Positions 44,430 through 61,515 of a stretch of 64,000 bases of DNA are shown in pieces (the stretch's first letter is position 1; each line of letters begins with the position of its first letter). The DNA is from the human T2T-CHM13v2.0 reference genome, Homo sapiens. A model generated the notes under the pieces. That model did not search any database and had not been told where the DNA came from. It worked only from the letters and a program-made list of their open reading frames with translations. Position numbers and translations under genes: made by a program. The DNA lies in assembly GCF_009914755.1 (NCBI RefSeq), contig NC_060933.1; one strand, 5' to 3'.

Positions 44430-45410
44430 TCCTCCCACCCCCATCCTCCGCTTCTGAGCCTTTCACATGCTGCTGTCTGCCTGGGATGCTCTTCCCCAAC
44501 CCCTTTTCCTGGATACTCCATTCTCCTCCAGGTCTCAGCTGAGACTCCACCTCCTCCAGGAAGCCCTCCCTGATCTCTCCAGACTGTGTTAGGCATCAGG
44601 TCTCCACTCTCACTGCCTGGTGCTTACAGCCTTGTGTTGTTATTAACAGCTTCTTGGATCCCTAAAGTGCAGGGACAGTTTCATCATTATTCATCACTCT
44701 GTCCCCTGTGTCCAGCCCAGGGCCCAGAGTGTGGGCTGAGTAAACATCTGTCCAGTGGATAAAGGAATGAATGAATGGATGGATAGATAACCACGTTTAT
44801 CTCCTTTGTAGCCCAGCCTGTGGCCCCTGCACCACCGAGAAGGGGACATCCTTTATTCTTCTGAACCCCCTGAACTTGAAGGGCTGCCCAGGGCTGACTC
44901 ATCCAGGCCCAGACCCACCTCAGGCTGAACACAGCAGGGAGGTTGAGACAGTTGCTAGACTGAGTAGTGACATGCCCTGAGGCCAGTCATGTCCCTTGGC
45001 CTGTCTAAATCTGTTAACTCTGTAGGAGGAGATGCTCCGTGAGGGTGACAGCTGAGGGGCCCCCTGTCAGCTCCCATCAGCTCCCTCTCCATCCTGCCTC
45101 CCATCTCATCTTGCAGGTCTCCAGTGAGCTGTCACCTCCTCTGAGAAGCCTCCCTGATTGCTCACCCCCTCATGGAGCTCATCCCAGCCCTGTGTCTATT
45201 TCCTTTGCGGCTCTTACCGTGATCAGTCACTAACTAATTCACCAGGTTGCTTCCTGGGTCACTGTCTGTCTTCCTGATTCTCTGGGGAGCACCATGAGGT
45301 CCCAGACAGTCTATCCCCTGTACCTCAGCAACCAGCCCAGGGAGGGCACAGAACAAATGTCCCCTAAAGTAATAGAATGAATGAATGGATGGATGAATGA
45401 ATGAATGGAG
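44430..45410 (+). mobile_element. Two L2 3'-end fragments ending in (GAAT/GGAT)n
   Basis: ACCTCCTCCAGGAAGCCCTCCCTGA motifs and GAATGAATG tails near 44765 and 45376. Confidence 0.65.
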
Positions 45411-46383
45411 AGCAAAGTGGAAAGGCGCACAGGCTCTGGGGCCGGGCACACTGGGGTGTGTACACGGCTCTCTGTTGCTGACGAGCAGAGTGGTCCTGGG
45501 CAAGGAGCTGTCTCTGGCTGGGCCTCAGTTTCCCTGTCTGCAATATGGGGAGAATAACAGTAACTACTTGTGGAGGTGGTGCACTCAGCCCAGGTCTGAC
45601 TCCCAGCAGGCCTCTCAGGGGGTGACCTTGTCCTTGCTCAGAGGGGCAGGGCAGTGCCCAGGGATATGCTGCAATACAGACAGATGGGCGTGGGCCTAGC
45701 AGTGGGATCCTGGGGGCTGATGTCGCCAGTTGCTAACTTCTTTCTTCCACAGTTGTCCACAAGCCCTTGGCAGACCTCCCAGTTTTCACTTCCTGCCCTT
45801 GAAGCCTGCCTGCAGAGCAAGTGATGTCTCCCCACCGAACAGAAGGGAAGATCGAGACCCAGGCATGCGGACAGAGAGCACAGGCTTAACAGAGCCTCTG
45901 AGCCAGACCTGGCATCCTGGGAACCACCTAGACCAATGCTCTTGCTGTCCACATGGGGAACTGAGCCGCCCTAGAAGGGCAGAGCCCCACCCAAGATACC
46001 ACAGTGAGTCTGGGCTCCAAAGCTGCAGGGTGGGGGCAGGGGGAGCTGCCTTTCCCCTCTGCGCTGTGCCCCCAACGCTGGGCTCCAACGAGGCTGCAGA
46101 GCTGTCAGGAGAGATCAGCAGGGCCCTGGCCGATCTCCCCAGATTTAATTAACAGGCCTTTCATCTCTGTCCTGAAGGAATCAGCTCTCTTCTGTCTTCT
46201 TAATTAACGTTCATTAAGCAAATCAGAACAACAGGGTTTTTCTCCCTTCTTTCTTCTCCCGGAAGGTTTTAACCCTTAGTAGGTGGGCTTCTGGGAGGGA
46301 GCCTGCTACCTTTGCTGGTAGCCCAAGCACAAGGCCAGGCCTCTGCAGGAGCCCCCTAGGTCCCCAACGCAGGCACATTCCTT

Positions 46384-47000
46384 ATCGGACACATACACAC
46401 ACACAATGGACACACACACACATTGGACACACATGCACACACTCACATATCAGACACATGGGACACATACACACACATCGGACCCACACACACATCGGAC
46501 ACACACACACAACAGACCCACACACACATCGGACACACACACACAGGACACACACACACATCAGAGACACACACACATTGGACACACACACATATTGGAC
46601 ACACACACATATTGGACACACACACACTCACATATCAGACACATGGGACACATACACACACATCGGACCCACACACACATCGGACCCACACACACATCGG
46701 ATACACACACACATCGGACCCACACACACATTGGATACATACACACATCAGACACACACACACACATCAGAGACACACACACATTGGACATACACACATA
46801 TTGGACACACACACACTCACATATCGGACACATGGGACACATACACACACATCGGACCCACACACACATCAGAGACACACACACACTGGACACACACACA
46901 CACATCAGAGACACACACACACACTGGACACGCACACATATTGGACACACATACACACATATCAGACACATGGAACACACACACATGCGTGCACACGCAT
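46384..47000 (+). repeat. CA-rich minisatellite with ~185-189 bp higher-order unit
   Basis: ACTCACATATC landmark at 46441, 46626 and 46815. Confidence 0.92.
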
Positions 47001-49577
47001 CAGCTCCTCCTACCACACCATCATCAGGCTGCTCCCCTGGACTCCACTCCCATCTTCCAAAAGGAAACAGGCCTGGACCATCTGCTGCTCAAGAGCCTTC
47101 CTTGGCTCCCTGCTACGGCTAGGACAATGGGCAGACCCTCACCAAGCCCTGCCAGCTTCATTTCTGTCCCCCTTCCAGGCCCCCTCGTCCGCCTTGCTCC
47201 TCTCACTCGCCTCCCACCTCCCCACTTGGCACTTGCAGTTGCTTCTTCAGTTGTACCCTTCCCACTTCCCCTCCGGAGACCCTCTCCAACGCCACTCCTC
47301 TCCTTCCCGAATCAGCTCTCTCTGCCGGTGCTAAGGACAGCTCCCTGAACCCCTGAAGGAAATATTCAGGGGTCCCTGCTCCCAGAGCAATCCCAGACAC
47401 AGGTGATCCTGGGGTAGGGCACAGGACCAAAGCCGCCTGTCCAGGCACACCCACCAGTGGGTCAAGGCCAGTGTGACACAGGTGCCACTTACGGACCCTA
47501 GGAACTAGTACCAGCAGGGGACCTCAAATGACATGGTGGGAGGTACTTAGGTGGCAGCAGGGCTCCACTTGGGGGAGGGATGCAGGGGCTGCCACCAGGT
47601 GTCAGGGAGAGGGGTTGGAGGTTGGGGATCTGGAGAGGGGCCCCAAAGCTCCAGGCTGCAGGGAAACTGAGGCCATGCAGCCTGTGGCTTCTGTGGGTTT
47701 CTGGTCATGTGTGTAAAGAGGGGACCCCCGGCTTCAGGGGTCAGATGTCTTGCCAGGGTGTGGGGCCCTACCAGAAGGTGCCACTCAGAACCTTCCCCTG
47801 ATGGAGAGCTGGCAGCCCTCACCCAAAGACTGGCTTCCTCAGTTCTCCTGGCTCCTTCCCAGCCCTTTCCGGCAGTGCAGGTGTTTATTGTCCCCTTGTT
47901 GCCCAGATTTGGGGGGTTATTCTGAGACTTTTTTGTGGGTGCACAGACACCCCGATGCCCGGGGAGGATACTTTGCTTCCTGAATTCTGTAGACCCTCCC
48001 CGAACCCTATCCTAGGAGGAGCTGACCACAGGGATAGGAGAGACCCGGTCACATCCTGCCTTGAATGTGTCCCCAACAAACTGCTTCTCTTCCCTGGGCC
48101 TCAGTTTCCCCATTTGTACAGCCTGTGCCCTGGATCCAACCATCTTTATAGGCCCATCTTATCGGATCCCAGGCCACAGGGAAGCAGGGGATGTTTAGCC
48201 ACCCCACCCACAGTGCCATCCCTTCTACTCACGCTGTCTGAACACAGCGGTCAGTCTGAGAGGCCAGTGCCCACCGGCCGCCCCATGGAGGCTGAGGGGC
48301 CTCAGGATGGGGGCCCGGGGAGTTTGTCCTCAGCAGTGGGATGGAGGGAGACCTGGCTCTGGCCCTGGGTCTGCCCACTCCCGCTGTGTGTTCCTGGGAG
48401 TCACCCCCACTCTGAGCCCCTCCTTCCCCCTTTGGGCTCCCCATAAACCTGGCTGCTCCACACTCAGCGCTGGGGCCCCGAGCGGCTGGGGAAGGGCTAG
48501 CGGGGGTCAGACGGCAGAGCCTCTTGCTCTCGGGGCCTGAGACGTGCTTGTGCCACTCACCCAGAAAGCAGCCTCGGGAAGGAGCTTTGTCCGATGGAGC
48601 TCCGCGCCCCCCTCCACGGCGCTGGTCAGCTCCCCTGCCCTGTGCAGCAATGGCCCGGGATGTCCTAGGCCACCAGGGGCCAGAGAGGGGCCCGTCCCCG
48701 TATTGTGGCCAACATCGCCACCTGGTGGTTGGTCCCGGGTGAACTTGAGCAGCTGGACGGTGAGAGCTGGGAGGAGAAGCTGGGAAGGCAGAAGGCACGA
48801 GGTTGCTGGGAGACCTCCGCAAATGAGATCACCAGCCCAGGCAGGACGGTCCCTTCAAGGGCTGCTGCCAGGGCTGGGCGAGGTCAGTGAGCACCCAGTT
48901 GATGCCTCTTGAAGGAGCCCTCATCTCTAGCCCAGCCCCTAAAGGATCCGTCTTTGCCGGCCGCGGGGGTCTCATTCATTCTAGAAATGCTCCTGAACAC
49001 CGCTCAGTGCAGGCCACGGGGACACCAGGCCGGGACACACGTGGTCCTTGTCCCCCAGGGGCTCACAACCTCCAGCCCCTGCAGACCCTCGCAGGACAAA
49101 CTGCCACTGCCGAGCGGCCCACATCCTCTGGCCTCTGTGCCCTGCTCCAGCCTCACCCCACAGGACCAGCTCCCTACCCAACACTGCAAACACATGCCGA
49201 CCTCCCCTGCTTGTGCACGCCTCTGGGCCTTTGCGCGTGCTCCTGCCTGGGACGCCCTTTCCTCTACTCATCCTTTACAGCTCAGCCTAAATGCTGCTGC
49301 TTCTGGGAAGCATCCTCCAGTTCCAGGCAGAACGAGCCACCCCACCCTCCTTGCACCCGTTCCAGGCACTGTCTTGTTGCATGTGTCTCGTTGCAGCGTC
49401 CAGATCTATGCATATCACGCCTCTGCCTCACTGACTGTGAGCCCAAGACAGGAGAAGTTCAACAGTGGGTAACAGTACGTTTGCCGAGGGACAAATGACC
49501 ACAACTCAGTCTTATAAAACATGTTCAAACGAGCCTTGGAATGTCATCTGGCTGTTCCCTTCTTTTCTTTAGTTAGA

Positions 49578-50060
49578 AAAAAGACTTTCTTTCTTTCATT
49601 CTTTTCCTTCCTTCCTTTCCTTTCTTTCTTTTTCTTTTCTTTCTTTCCTTTCTTTCTTCTTCCCTCCCTCTCCTTCTCCTCCTTCTTCTTTTCTTCTTTC
49701 TCTTTCTCTCTGTCTTTCTTTCCTTCCTTCCTTCTTTTCTTTTCTTTTTCTTCTTCTTCTTTTTTTTTTTTTTTTTTTGAGACAGAATCTCACTCTGTTG
49801 CTCAGGCTGGAGTGCAGTGGCATGACCACAGCTCACTGGAGCCTCTACCTTCCAGGCTCAAGTGATCTTCCCACCTCAGCCTCCTCAGTAGCTAGGACTA
49901 CAGGTGTGCACCACCATGCCTGGCTAATTTTTGTATTTTTTGTAGAGATAGGATTCCACTATGTTGCCCAGGCTGGTCTTGAACTCCTGGGCTCAAGCAA
50001 TCCACCAGCCTCGGCTTCCCAAAGTGTTGAGATTACAGGCATAAGCCACCACTTCTGGCC
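49578..50060 (-). mobile_element. AluJ-like with an expanded CT-rich (TTTC) tail
   Basis: About 200-nt polypyrimidine tract running into a reverse Alu. Confidence 0.9.
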
Positions 50061-50206
50061 AATCAGACTATTTTTTAATGAACGCTTTTCCTCTCTAACC
50101 AGACCATGGGCTCATAGAGAGCAGGATCTTGTGGGAATTATAGCAATAACAATTTATGGAGCACTCACTCCATGCTGAGCTCTGAGCCAAGCACTTGCCA
50201 TGTGCT

Positions 50207-51049
50207 TGTGTATATCCAACAGGAAGGATTGAACACAGGTCACTAAGTGCTCAGGAAATGGTTGGGAGGACTGGAGGGGCTGATACCTGGGACACCGCAG
50301 AACTGACCCACCAGGGAAGCTGCCACCACCTCTGAGGCTGCCACCGCTGTTGGCTCTGAAAACTCACAGCTGTGCCTGCAATCCAGGGGCTGGAAATAAG
50401 AGTCAGGAAGCACTGCTCCTGCTACCGCCACCACACAGAGACCTCTCAGCACACGCAGGACTGGAGAATGGGAAGCAGGTCAGGCTGAAAACCTCCCTTC
50501 TCTGTGACCTCACTTGCACCAGAAAAATCCACCAGAAGGGCAGAAGATGGCCTCTGCCCACTTCCATCTTCTAAATCTCAAGTGAAAATACCCGGCTGGC
50601 AGGACCTATTATTATTATTATTATTATTTAGACGGAGTTTCACTGTTGTTGCCCAGGCTGGAGTGCAATGGCGCGATCTCAGCTCGGCTTACCACAACAT
50701 CTGGCCCCCGGGTTCATGTGATTCTCCTGCCTCAGCCTCATGAGTAGCTGGGATTACAGCCACGTGCCACCACGCCTGGCTAATTTTGTATTTTTAGTAG
50801 AGACACGGTTTGTCCATGTTGGTCAGGCTGGTCTTGAACTCCTGACCTCAGGTGATCTGCCCGCCTCAACCTCCCAAAGTGCTGGGATTACAGGCATGAG
50901 CCGCCGCACCCGGCCTGGCAGGACCTATTCTACATACAGGGCCCTAGCGGCAAAGGCAGCCGGGAAGAGTAGCTCTTAGGGTGGCAAGCTTGGCATATCA
51001 GGGAGGCATCCAAGAAGGAGGGGAGACCAAGGCTTCACTACCCTCCACA
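50207..51049 (-). mobile_element. Probable old ERVL-family LTR (LTR33/41/50-like) containing an Alu at 50608-50915
   Basis: TG...CA bounded and splits a MIR. The Alu has TSD TGGCAGGACCTATT. LTR family assignment is from loose recall. Confidence 0.45.
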
Positions 51050-51269
51050 GCCACACAGGAGGTGGAGATAGAATCTGAACCCAGGTCTGTTCCTGAACAC
51101 CATGTGGCCAATGGCTTCTGTGTCGCACAGATTGAATTGAGAAGATGACCAATTAATTAATCCAGGCAGAGTCCTTGATTGAGAATTAGGGTGGCGGAGG
51201 CAGGGTCTGCTTTGCCATGGAGCCTGGGAGGAAGGATGCTGGCCTTCTTGTCACCATCATCTCCCCCTA

Positions 51270-52235
51270 CATCATGGTCCTGAGCTCTGGAGGGTCCAGA
51301 ACAAAGCTGGCCCCGTCCCACAGGTCCATCTGCATGCCCCTGCCACCAATCTTGCTACATGGTCCATCTGCATGTCCCTGCCACCAATCTTGCTACATGG
51401 GTTGCTAAGCCACTTGCCACTGTCCACGAGTTTCTGTGCATCGTTCTCAGGTGTACAAACACTGCCCATTGGGACCACTATCCCCAGGGCCACCCCAGAT
51501 TTGGCTGGAAGGGCAGTGGCAGTCCATTCTGGTCCCATAACTGCACACTGAACTGACTTACCTGGGAGCCAGGCTGGGATTTTTTCTTCCTCCACCAGCT
51601 GGTCATAGGGAACACCTTCCTCCCAGGCTATAGGTATGAGCCAAGGAGGAAGCATCAGAGCTGGGGGGCAACATGGGGGCTGTGCCACCGGTTCATGAAC
51701 TCCCTCACACTATGGACGACCCGTCCCTGACCCTGGACCTACCGTTTCCATTTCATGAAGGCTGGCTGTTGGGTCTGCATCCTTGACTTCGTGGGTCCGA
51801 CTCCACCCAGCTCTTGATGGCAGTACCCGCCATGTGGTCCGTTGATTTCCTTTGATCATCACTCAGCCTGTACAAAAGCCCGGTCTTGTAGACCAGGATC
51901 TGCCTTTTGAGTGGCATAGAACCCTCTGCGGGGCTGGCATGCCTTGCTCCAGAACCCCGGGGCTCACGATAATTATGGTTCTTTCCCAGCATGGATTCCA
52001 CCAGCACCACGGGGCCCGCTGGCACACATGCCTAAGAGGCAGGGCTGTTCATGAATGGCCTGGAGCTGCTGCCCAGCCCTTTCCTACTCTGGGCACATAC
52101 AAAGCGAGTAGCCTCACCTGTTCCCTGAGAAGTGGGTCCGAGAAGTGTTCCTACATGAAGAATATGCTGCTTCTAGGACCTGAAGAGGCCCACCAAGCAT
52201 TGTGCATCTCGCTGATAGAGACAGCGTGACTTTTA
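51270..52235 (-). pseudogene. ERVL-class pol (RT connection/RNase H) remnant
   Basis: GVPYDQLVEEEKIPAW...WTATALP resembles ERVL GVPYDQLTEEEKTRAWFTDGS...WTAAALQP. SWVESDP resembles NWVLSDP. Confidence 0.8.
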
Positions 52236-52246
52236 CTTTGGAGGGT

Positions 52247-52592
52247 GCGATGGTTCATTTTACCTGTTCACCTGAGAGGCCACGCCACCCAGATATTTGG
52301 CCAAACATGATTCAAGATGTTTCTGTGGAGGTATTTCTTAGATCAGATTAATGTCTAAATCAGAACACTTTGAGGGAAGCGAAGGCATAAAGTTGGTGGG
52401 CCTCCTCTAATCGGTTGAAGACTTAGTAGGAAAAAGACTGAGCTCCCTGAGGAAAAGGGAATTCTGCCAGCAGGCGGTACAGGAGCTTCAGCTCTTTCCC
52501 GGGTCTCCAGCCTGCTGGCCTATCCTGCAGATTTGGGACTTGTTGACTTCCATAATCATGTAAGCCAATTCCTTAAAATAAATCTCTCTCTC
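52247..52592 (+). mobile_element. MLT2-type (ERVL) LTR
   Basis: Start TGCGATGGTTCATTTTA, CCCAGATATTTGGCCAAACA, and CATGTAAGCCAATTCCTTAAAATAAATCTCTCTC. Confidence 0.85.
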
Positions 52593-52596
52593 AATT

Positions 52597-52915
<319 letters not shown>

Positions 52916-53042
52916 CTCCCTCAATTTATTTTAAGTTATTAATTAATTCTTCTCTCCCCATATATACATATATATATACACACACACGTATATATTCTCT
53001 TTTTCTCTCTCTCTCTTTCTCTCTCTCTATATATATGTAAAC

Positions 53043-54218
<1,176 letters not shown>

Positions 54219-54239
54219 ATATATATAAAGTTAGCACTA

Positions 54240-55320
54240 TTAGCCAATCCCTGCAAACTTCTTTGGGGGATAATCCTGCTGCATCCTTAGCAGGCTCAGA
54301 ACTTCCCCAGTCAGGCCATGCTGGACTTTTCCCTAGTTGCTGGACCTCTGGCCAAGAGGGGAGGTGGGCAAGGACCATCTTATAGGAGAAGGGCGAGGAT
54401 GGCCTTATAGACACCTGCCTCATTTGAGGCTCCTGCAAACTCTTCAAGCAGTGGTGGGGTGGTGGGCACTATCTTCTAGAAAAGCGGAGTGGATCCCTTC
54501 TTCAGGCCCAGAGTGTTAAAGGAATCTAGAGATTCAGGGTTCTCAGTGAATCTGTCCAGATACCCACCCTAAGTCTCAAGGTCCCACTTCTTCCCTATCC
54601 GGACCCTGATTGTGATTCAGGATGCTTTCCAGGGATGGGAAATCAATCTCCTCTGGAGTCCAGTGCAACTTACAATCAGATCCTGAGCCTAGTTTTCAGC
54701 TCGGTCTGCCCCGTGTGGTTTGTTTGTTTGTTCGTTTGTTTGTTTTTTGAGATGGAGTCTCACTGTGTCACCCAGGCGGGAGTACAGTGGCGCCATCTTG
54801 GCTCACGGCAGCCTCTGCCTCCCGGGTTCAAGTGATTCTAGTGCCTCAGCCTCTGGAGTAGCTGAAACTATAGGTGCAAGCGCCAGGCCCGGCTAATTAT
54901 TATATTTTTAGTTAGAGACAGGGATTCATATGTTGGCCAAGCCGGTCTCAAACTCCTGATCTCAAGTGATCCACCTGACTGGGCCTCCCAAAGTGCTGGG
55001 ATTACAGGCGTGAGCCACCATGCCCCACCAGGTCTTTTTTTTTTTTTTTCTAATTGTTGCCAACAAGGGCCTCTGGCTTTCTAAATTTGTTTTGGATTGG
55101 TCCAAGATCACCCTGACCTGGTCATTTTCCCTCTTCAAGGTATCAGTGACATTCAGCAAGGGCCACCCAATCCCACAGTCTCTATAATCACTATTCCCTA
55201 CTCTCAAGCACCAGAGATTGGATGAACCATCGTCTCCTTCCACCTGTACCTTGGTCAAGTTCACTGTAGGTGAAAGTCTTATTGCTTGTACTGTTACTGC
55301 ATGCTGCGAACTACAAATAC
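54240..55320 (-). pseudogene. ERVL-class gag remnant, interrupted by an Alu at 54718-55027
   Basis: YRDCGIGWPLLNVTDTLKRENDQVR resembles ERVL/MaLR gag GWLLL...L..ENDELR. Confidence 0.6.
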
Positions 55321-55355
55321 TTCACCTAGCTGTAGTGATACCAGCCGGGTGTTAC

Positions 55356-55946
55356 TGTAAAAAGTAAAGTAGAGGTTCCTCTTCAAAGAGACTCTCCTCC
55401 CCATCTAATTAAGAATAAATGGTAACTTCTCTCAGAAGCAAAATTTATTCAAAGACCTGTGCTAACATTCTTAAATATCTGCTAGCCGTAATAAAGAAAT
55501 CAATGTACTTTATGTTCTTAGCTCCCACAATTTAGCCTAAATATTTGCCCTGGCATGCTTATACTGGTCCAAGCAGGCATTAGGTCATAACCTATTCCTC
55601 TTCCTTACTTAGAAGTGTTTTTACCTTTCTCAGCACTCCACAAATTTCTTCCTCCTTCCTTTGTTCTCCTCCACCTTTGCCTCTTTTAAAAAGTTCTAAG
55701 TTGCTAGCCAATCAGGACAAATACAGAATGTGAAGTCCCGTTCCAGCCAATGGAAACTGGACACAGCAGTAAAGTAGACGTGTCAGGTTATAAATGACCC
55801 TGTCTCCTTTGTTCAGTGTACTCTAGTGGCAAAACTGCTGGCGAGTGTACCCTTTCTGCACAAAGTAAAAATAGCCTTGCTGAAGAAATTAAATTTATGT
55901 TCAAGTGGTATTTCTTTATGGCACCGAGGAACAAGCATTTCTAACA
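55356..55946 (+). mobile_element. Solo LTR10-family (LTR10C-like, HERV-I) LTR
   Basis: 591 bp, TGTAAAAAGTAAAGTAGAGGTTCC...TTTCTAACA, flanked by TTAC/TTAT. CCAAT at 55708 and 55747, TATAAA at 55789, ATTAAA near 55888. Confidence 0.82.
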
Positions 55947-56115
55947 TTATCATGGACACTTTATGACTTTCCTGGACCCTGGGCAGTTTTGCCTTAGCGG
56001 GCTCCTTTATTTATTAAAAAATATTAAAAATTCTATTTTACCGAGGGGAGAAGGTTATAGAGAGTTATTGTTTAAGAGGACAGAGTTTCAGTTTTGCAAG
56101 ATAAAAAGTTCTGGA

Positions 56116-56928
<813 letters not shown>

Positions 56929-57367
56929 TAAAAGTTCTTTTTTTTCTTCTGACTTTAAAGATATTAGAACAGTTTTTGTGGGTTCCTAGAATTCCTGTGG
57001 GCTGCCATGTTTCCTGTGCCTGATAGATGAATTTGCTTTGGATGGGTGCACAGCCCAGCTCAGGGTAGCTGCGTGGACCATCAAGAGTCTGCTGCAATCA
57101 TGTTCTTGACCATAAGAGAAAACTTTAACAAAGAAGCTTCCATAACACCATCAAAAAAACAATTTGGAATTACATTAAATTGATATTTTAACTTGGGGAG
57201 AATTTGTATATTTAAACAGTTGGAAATCCGTGAATATAGATGCTGGTCTCTTCAGGTTTTCTGTCTCTCAGTAGCATTTTATAATTTGATTCATTTATAT
57301 CTTGCACATTTCATACCAGATTTATTATTAGGTGTTCTACCATTTCCTACATCATTGCTGGCATCAG

Positions 57368-58727
<1,360 letters not shown>

Positions 58728-59179
58728 TGCTAAATTTTATCGAATGACTTCTCTCCCTCGATTTGCTAATGTTAATAAATGGGGAGTAAAGGGGGCATTT
58801 ATGGGGGTTGGGGCAGAAGACAAGGAAGCCCTCTCTGAGGTGACATTTGTGATAAGACCAGGTACCCTTGTCACAAATGTCAGGTTAGAATCTCTTTGCT
58901 GTGGGGACAGAGCGCAGCCGGCAGCAGGAGTGCTTTTCAGGGTTAAGGGCGACAGGAGCTATGCGGAGCCATCTCACAACCCTGTCCAGGGCACACTTTA
59001 TTGCTAGGAGGAGATGCGCAAACGGTAGCGATCAGTTAGAGATAGATCCTCTTGTCCCCTTTTATCTCAGGACTCCAAGGCACTGCTGAACAGTTTCTGT
59101 TTAATGAGCAGCCATTGAAGCCTCCCAATGGCGAGAATGAGCCTGCATCTTTACCGACCCCACTCCACAGACGAGGAAA

Positions 59180-59850
59180 CTGAGGCTCAAAGAGGCCCGG
59201 GTCGCCTCTGGGGCAGACTCCCGAGCCGCGCACTGCCGGGCACGTCCAGCAGGTGGGAGTGGGCGCCCGGGGACGGCGCGGTCCCTGGTATTTTTAGTGG
59301 GGTGGGGCCGCCGCCGCCCGCCCCTCCCTCCAGCCTCCCCGCCCCGCAGGGGAAGGCGGGTCCTGGCGGCCAGCGCGCGGTCCGCGCCCACCCTAGCCGA
59401 GCGGGGCCGGCAGAGCGCGCGGCGTCGGTGCCCTTGACCATGGCGGCGGCTGCGCTTCTGCTGGGGCTGGCGCTGCTGGCACCGCGGGCGGCCGGCGCGG
59501 GCATGGGCGCGTGTTATGACGGCGCAGGGCGCCCGCAGCGCTGCCTGCCGGTGTTCGAGAACGCGGCGTTTGGGCGGCTCGCCCAGGCCTCGCACACGTG
59601 CGGCAGCCCGCCCGAGGACTTCTGTCCCCACGTGGGCGCCGCGGGCGCGGGGGCTCAGTGCCAGCGCTGCGACGCCGCCGACCCCCAGCGCCACCACAAC
59701 GCCTCCTACCTCACCGACTTCCACAGCCAGGACGAGAGCACCTGGTGGCAGAGCCCGTCCATGGCCTTCGGCGTGCAGTACCCCACCTCGGTCAACATCA
59801 CCCTCCGCCTAGGTAAGCGCGGGCTGGGGGCACCGCCACCGCACCCCGTG
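59180..59850 (+). promoter_or_regulatory. LAMC3: CpG island / LAMC3 promoter and exon 1, with GC boxes
   Basis: Very dense CpG against a CpG-poor background. GCCGCCCGCCCC (Sp/KLF-type) near 59313. No TATA box seen. Confidence 0.88.
59440..59812 (+). CDS. LAMC3: Laminin subunit gamma-3, coding exon 1 (signal peptide plus start of laminin N-terminal LN domain; 373 nt, phase-1 intron follows)
   Basis: Kozak-like ACCATGG at 59437-59443. Translation [45 protein letters not shown]...[41 protein letters not shown] matches laminin gamma/netrin LN motifs ([20 protein letters not shown]). Donor CTAG|GTAAGC at 59813. Confidence 0.97.
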
Positions 59851-59946
59851 TCCCCACTCCACTGGGGGTCTGAGGCTGAGGCCTGAGCTGCTGTGCGCCC
59901 AGGTTGGGCTGCAGGACCCAGATATGGTGTTGGATGGAGGGGCTCA

Positions 59947-60586
<640 letters not shown>

Positions 60587-61196
60587 CAGGACCTGTACCC
60601 CTAGATAGCCAGAAGGATAGACTGAGGGGTGTCCCGTGGGGCGGGAGAGGCAGGGAGTCACTTGCTGAGCTTTGGTTCTAGGTTGCAATTATAATCCCCT
60701 GTAATGGTTTTCCATCCTAGACCGGAACTGTTGGGGAGGTGACACACCAAGGACTGAATTGGTCACCCTCTAGGGCAGGGGCTCCTGATCTTGGGTCTTC
60801 TGGTCAACTTCAGGTATTCAGTGGACCCCTGAAGCTGCCTGCAGTCCTCGGGTGGGTTCTGGAAGATAGAAGCTGTGACGTTCATCACTGCACAGGCAAA
60901 GTTTAACCCTCTGGGGAGGAGGACTAAGTTTCTTCGTGCTGCTGGGCAGCTGCGCCCGGTGGCATGGCCTCTCCGCCCTGCTCATGACTTGCCGAGGTGC
61001 AGAAGCCCTTAGATCTCCAGGAATCAGAATCTGGAGTCTGGACCCAGCCCCGGTTCTCAGCCCCTGCCCCCACTGCAGGGAGCTGGAATGCTCTCTCCTC
61101 CCTCCGTGTTCAGCCCGATTCCCATGTCCTCTGTGGCCGGGTAAGCGCCAAGTGTCTTTCCTGTTGCAGCCTCCACTGCCCTTTCAGGAGGGGCTG

Positions 61197-61515
61197 GTAT
61201 CACTGGTTAGACTCCCTTATCTTCGAGGTCAGCCTCCCAAAGCTTTGAAAACTCAAATTATTTTTATAACTCATTTTTGCTGCTAAACCTGACCTGAGGC
61301 TATTTATAAGCTATGTTTATGCTAGTGAGAATGAATATTCATTCGCTTTGCTACTGAAATCTCATTTGAGTACAGCCGGCAGCCCCAGACCCCACTGGGG
61401 GTATTAGCACAATATATGGTATAAGGCCTGCATCGTCTTTCTAAAAGCTGAAAAATGTTCAATTCCCAAACACATTTGGAGCCTAGGAGTTTGGATTAGG
61501 GATGATGGGACTGTA
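61197..61515 (-). mobile_element. MER46C-like Tigger-derived element
   Basis: GCAGCCCCAGACCCCACTGGGGGT, AAACACATTTGG and terminal GGGACTGTA resemble the recalled consensus. Confidence 0.5.

Noticed and set aside
40169-44542. 299-, 351- and 235-aa ORFs
   Set aside because: GC-rich chance ORFs crossing MIR, L2 and CA remnants, with no recognisable domain.
46406-47348. His/Thr-rich ORFs of 238-303 aa
   Set aside because: Products of the CA minisatellite.
59128-59439. 104-aa in-frame N-terminal extension of LAMC3
   Set aside because: It runs through a MIR remnant and promoter GC boxes, likely upstream of the TSS, and would bury the signal peptide. ATG 59440 has a strong Kozak context.
59813-59886. 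ORF continuing past exon 1
   Set aside because: Read-through into the intron beyond a consensus GTAAGC donor.
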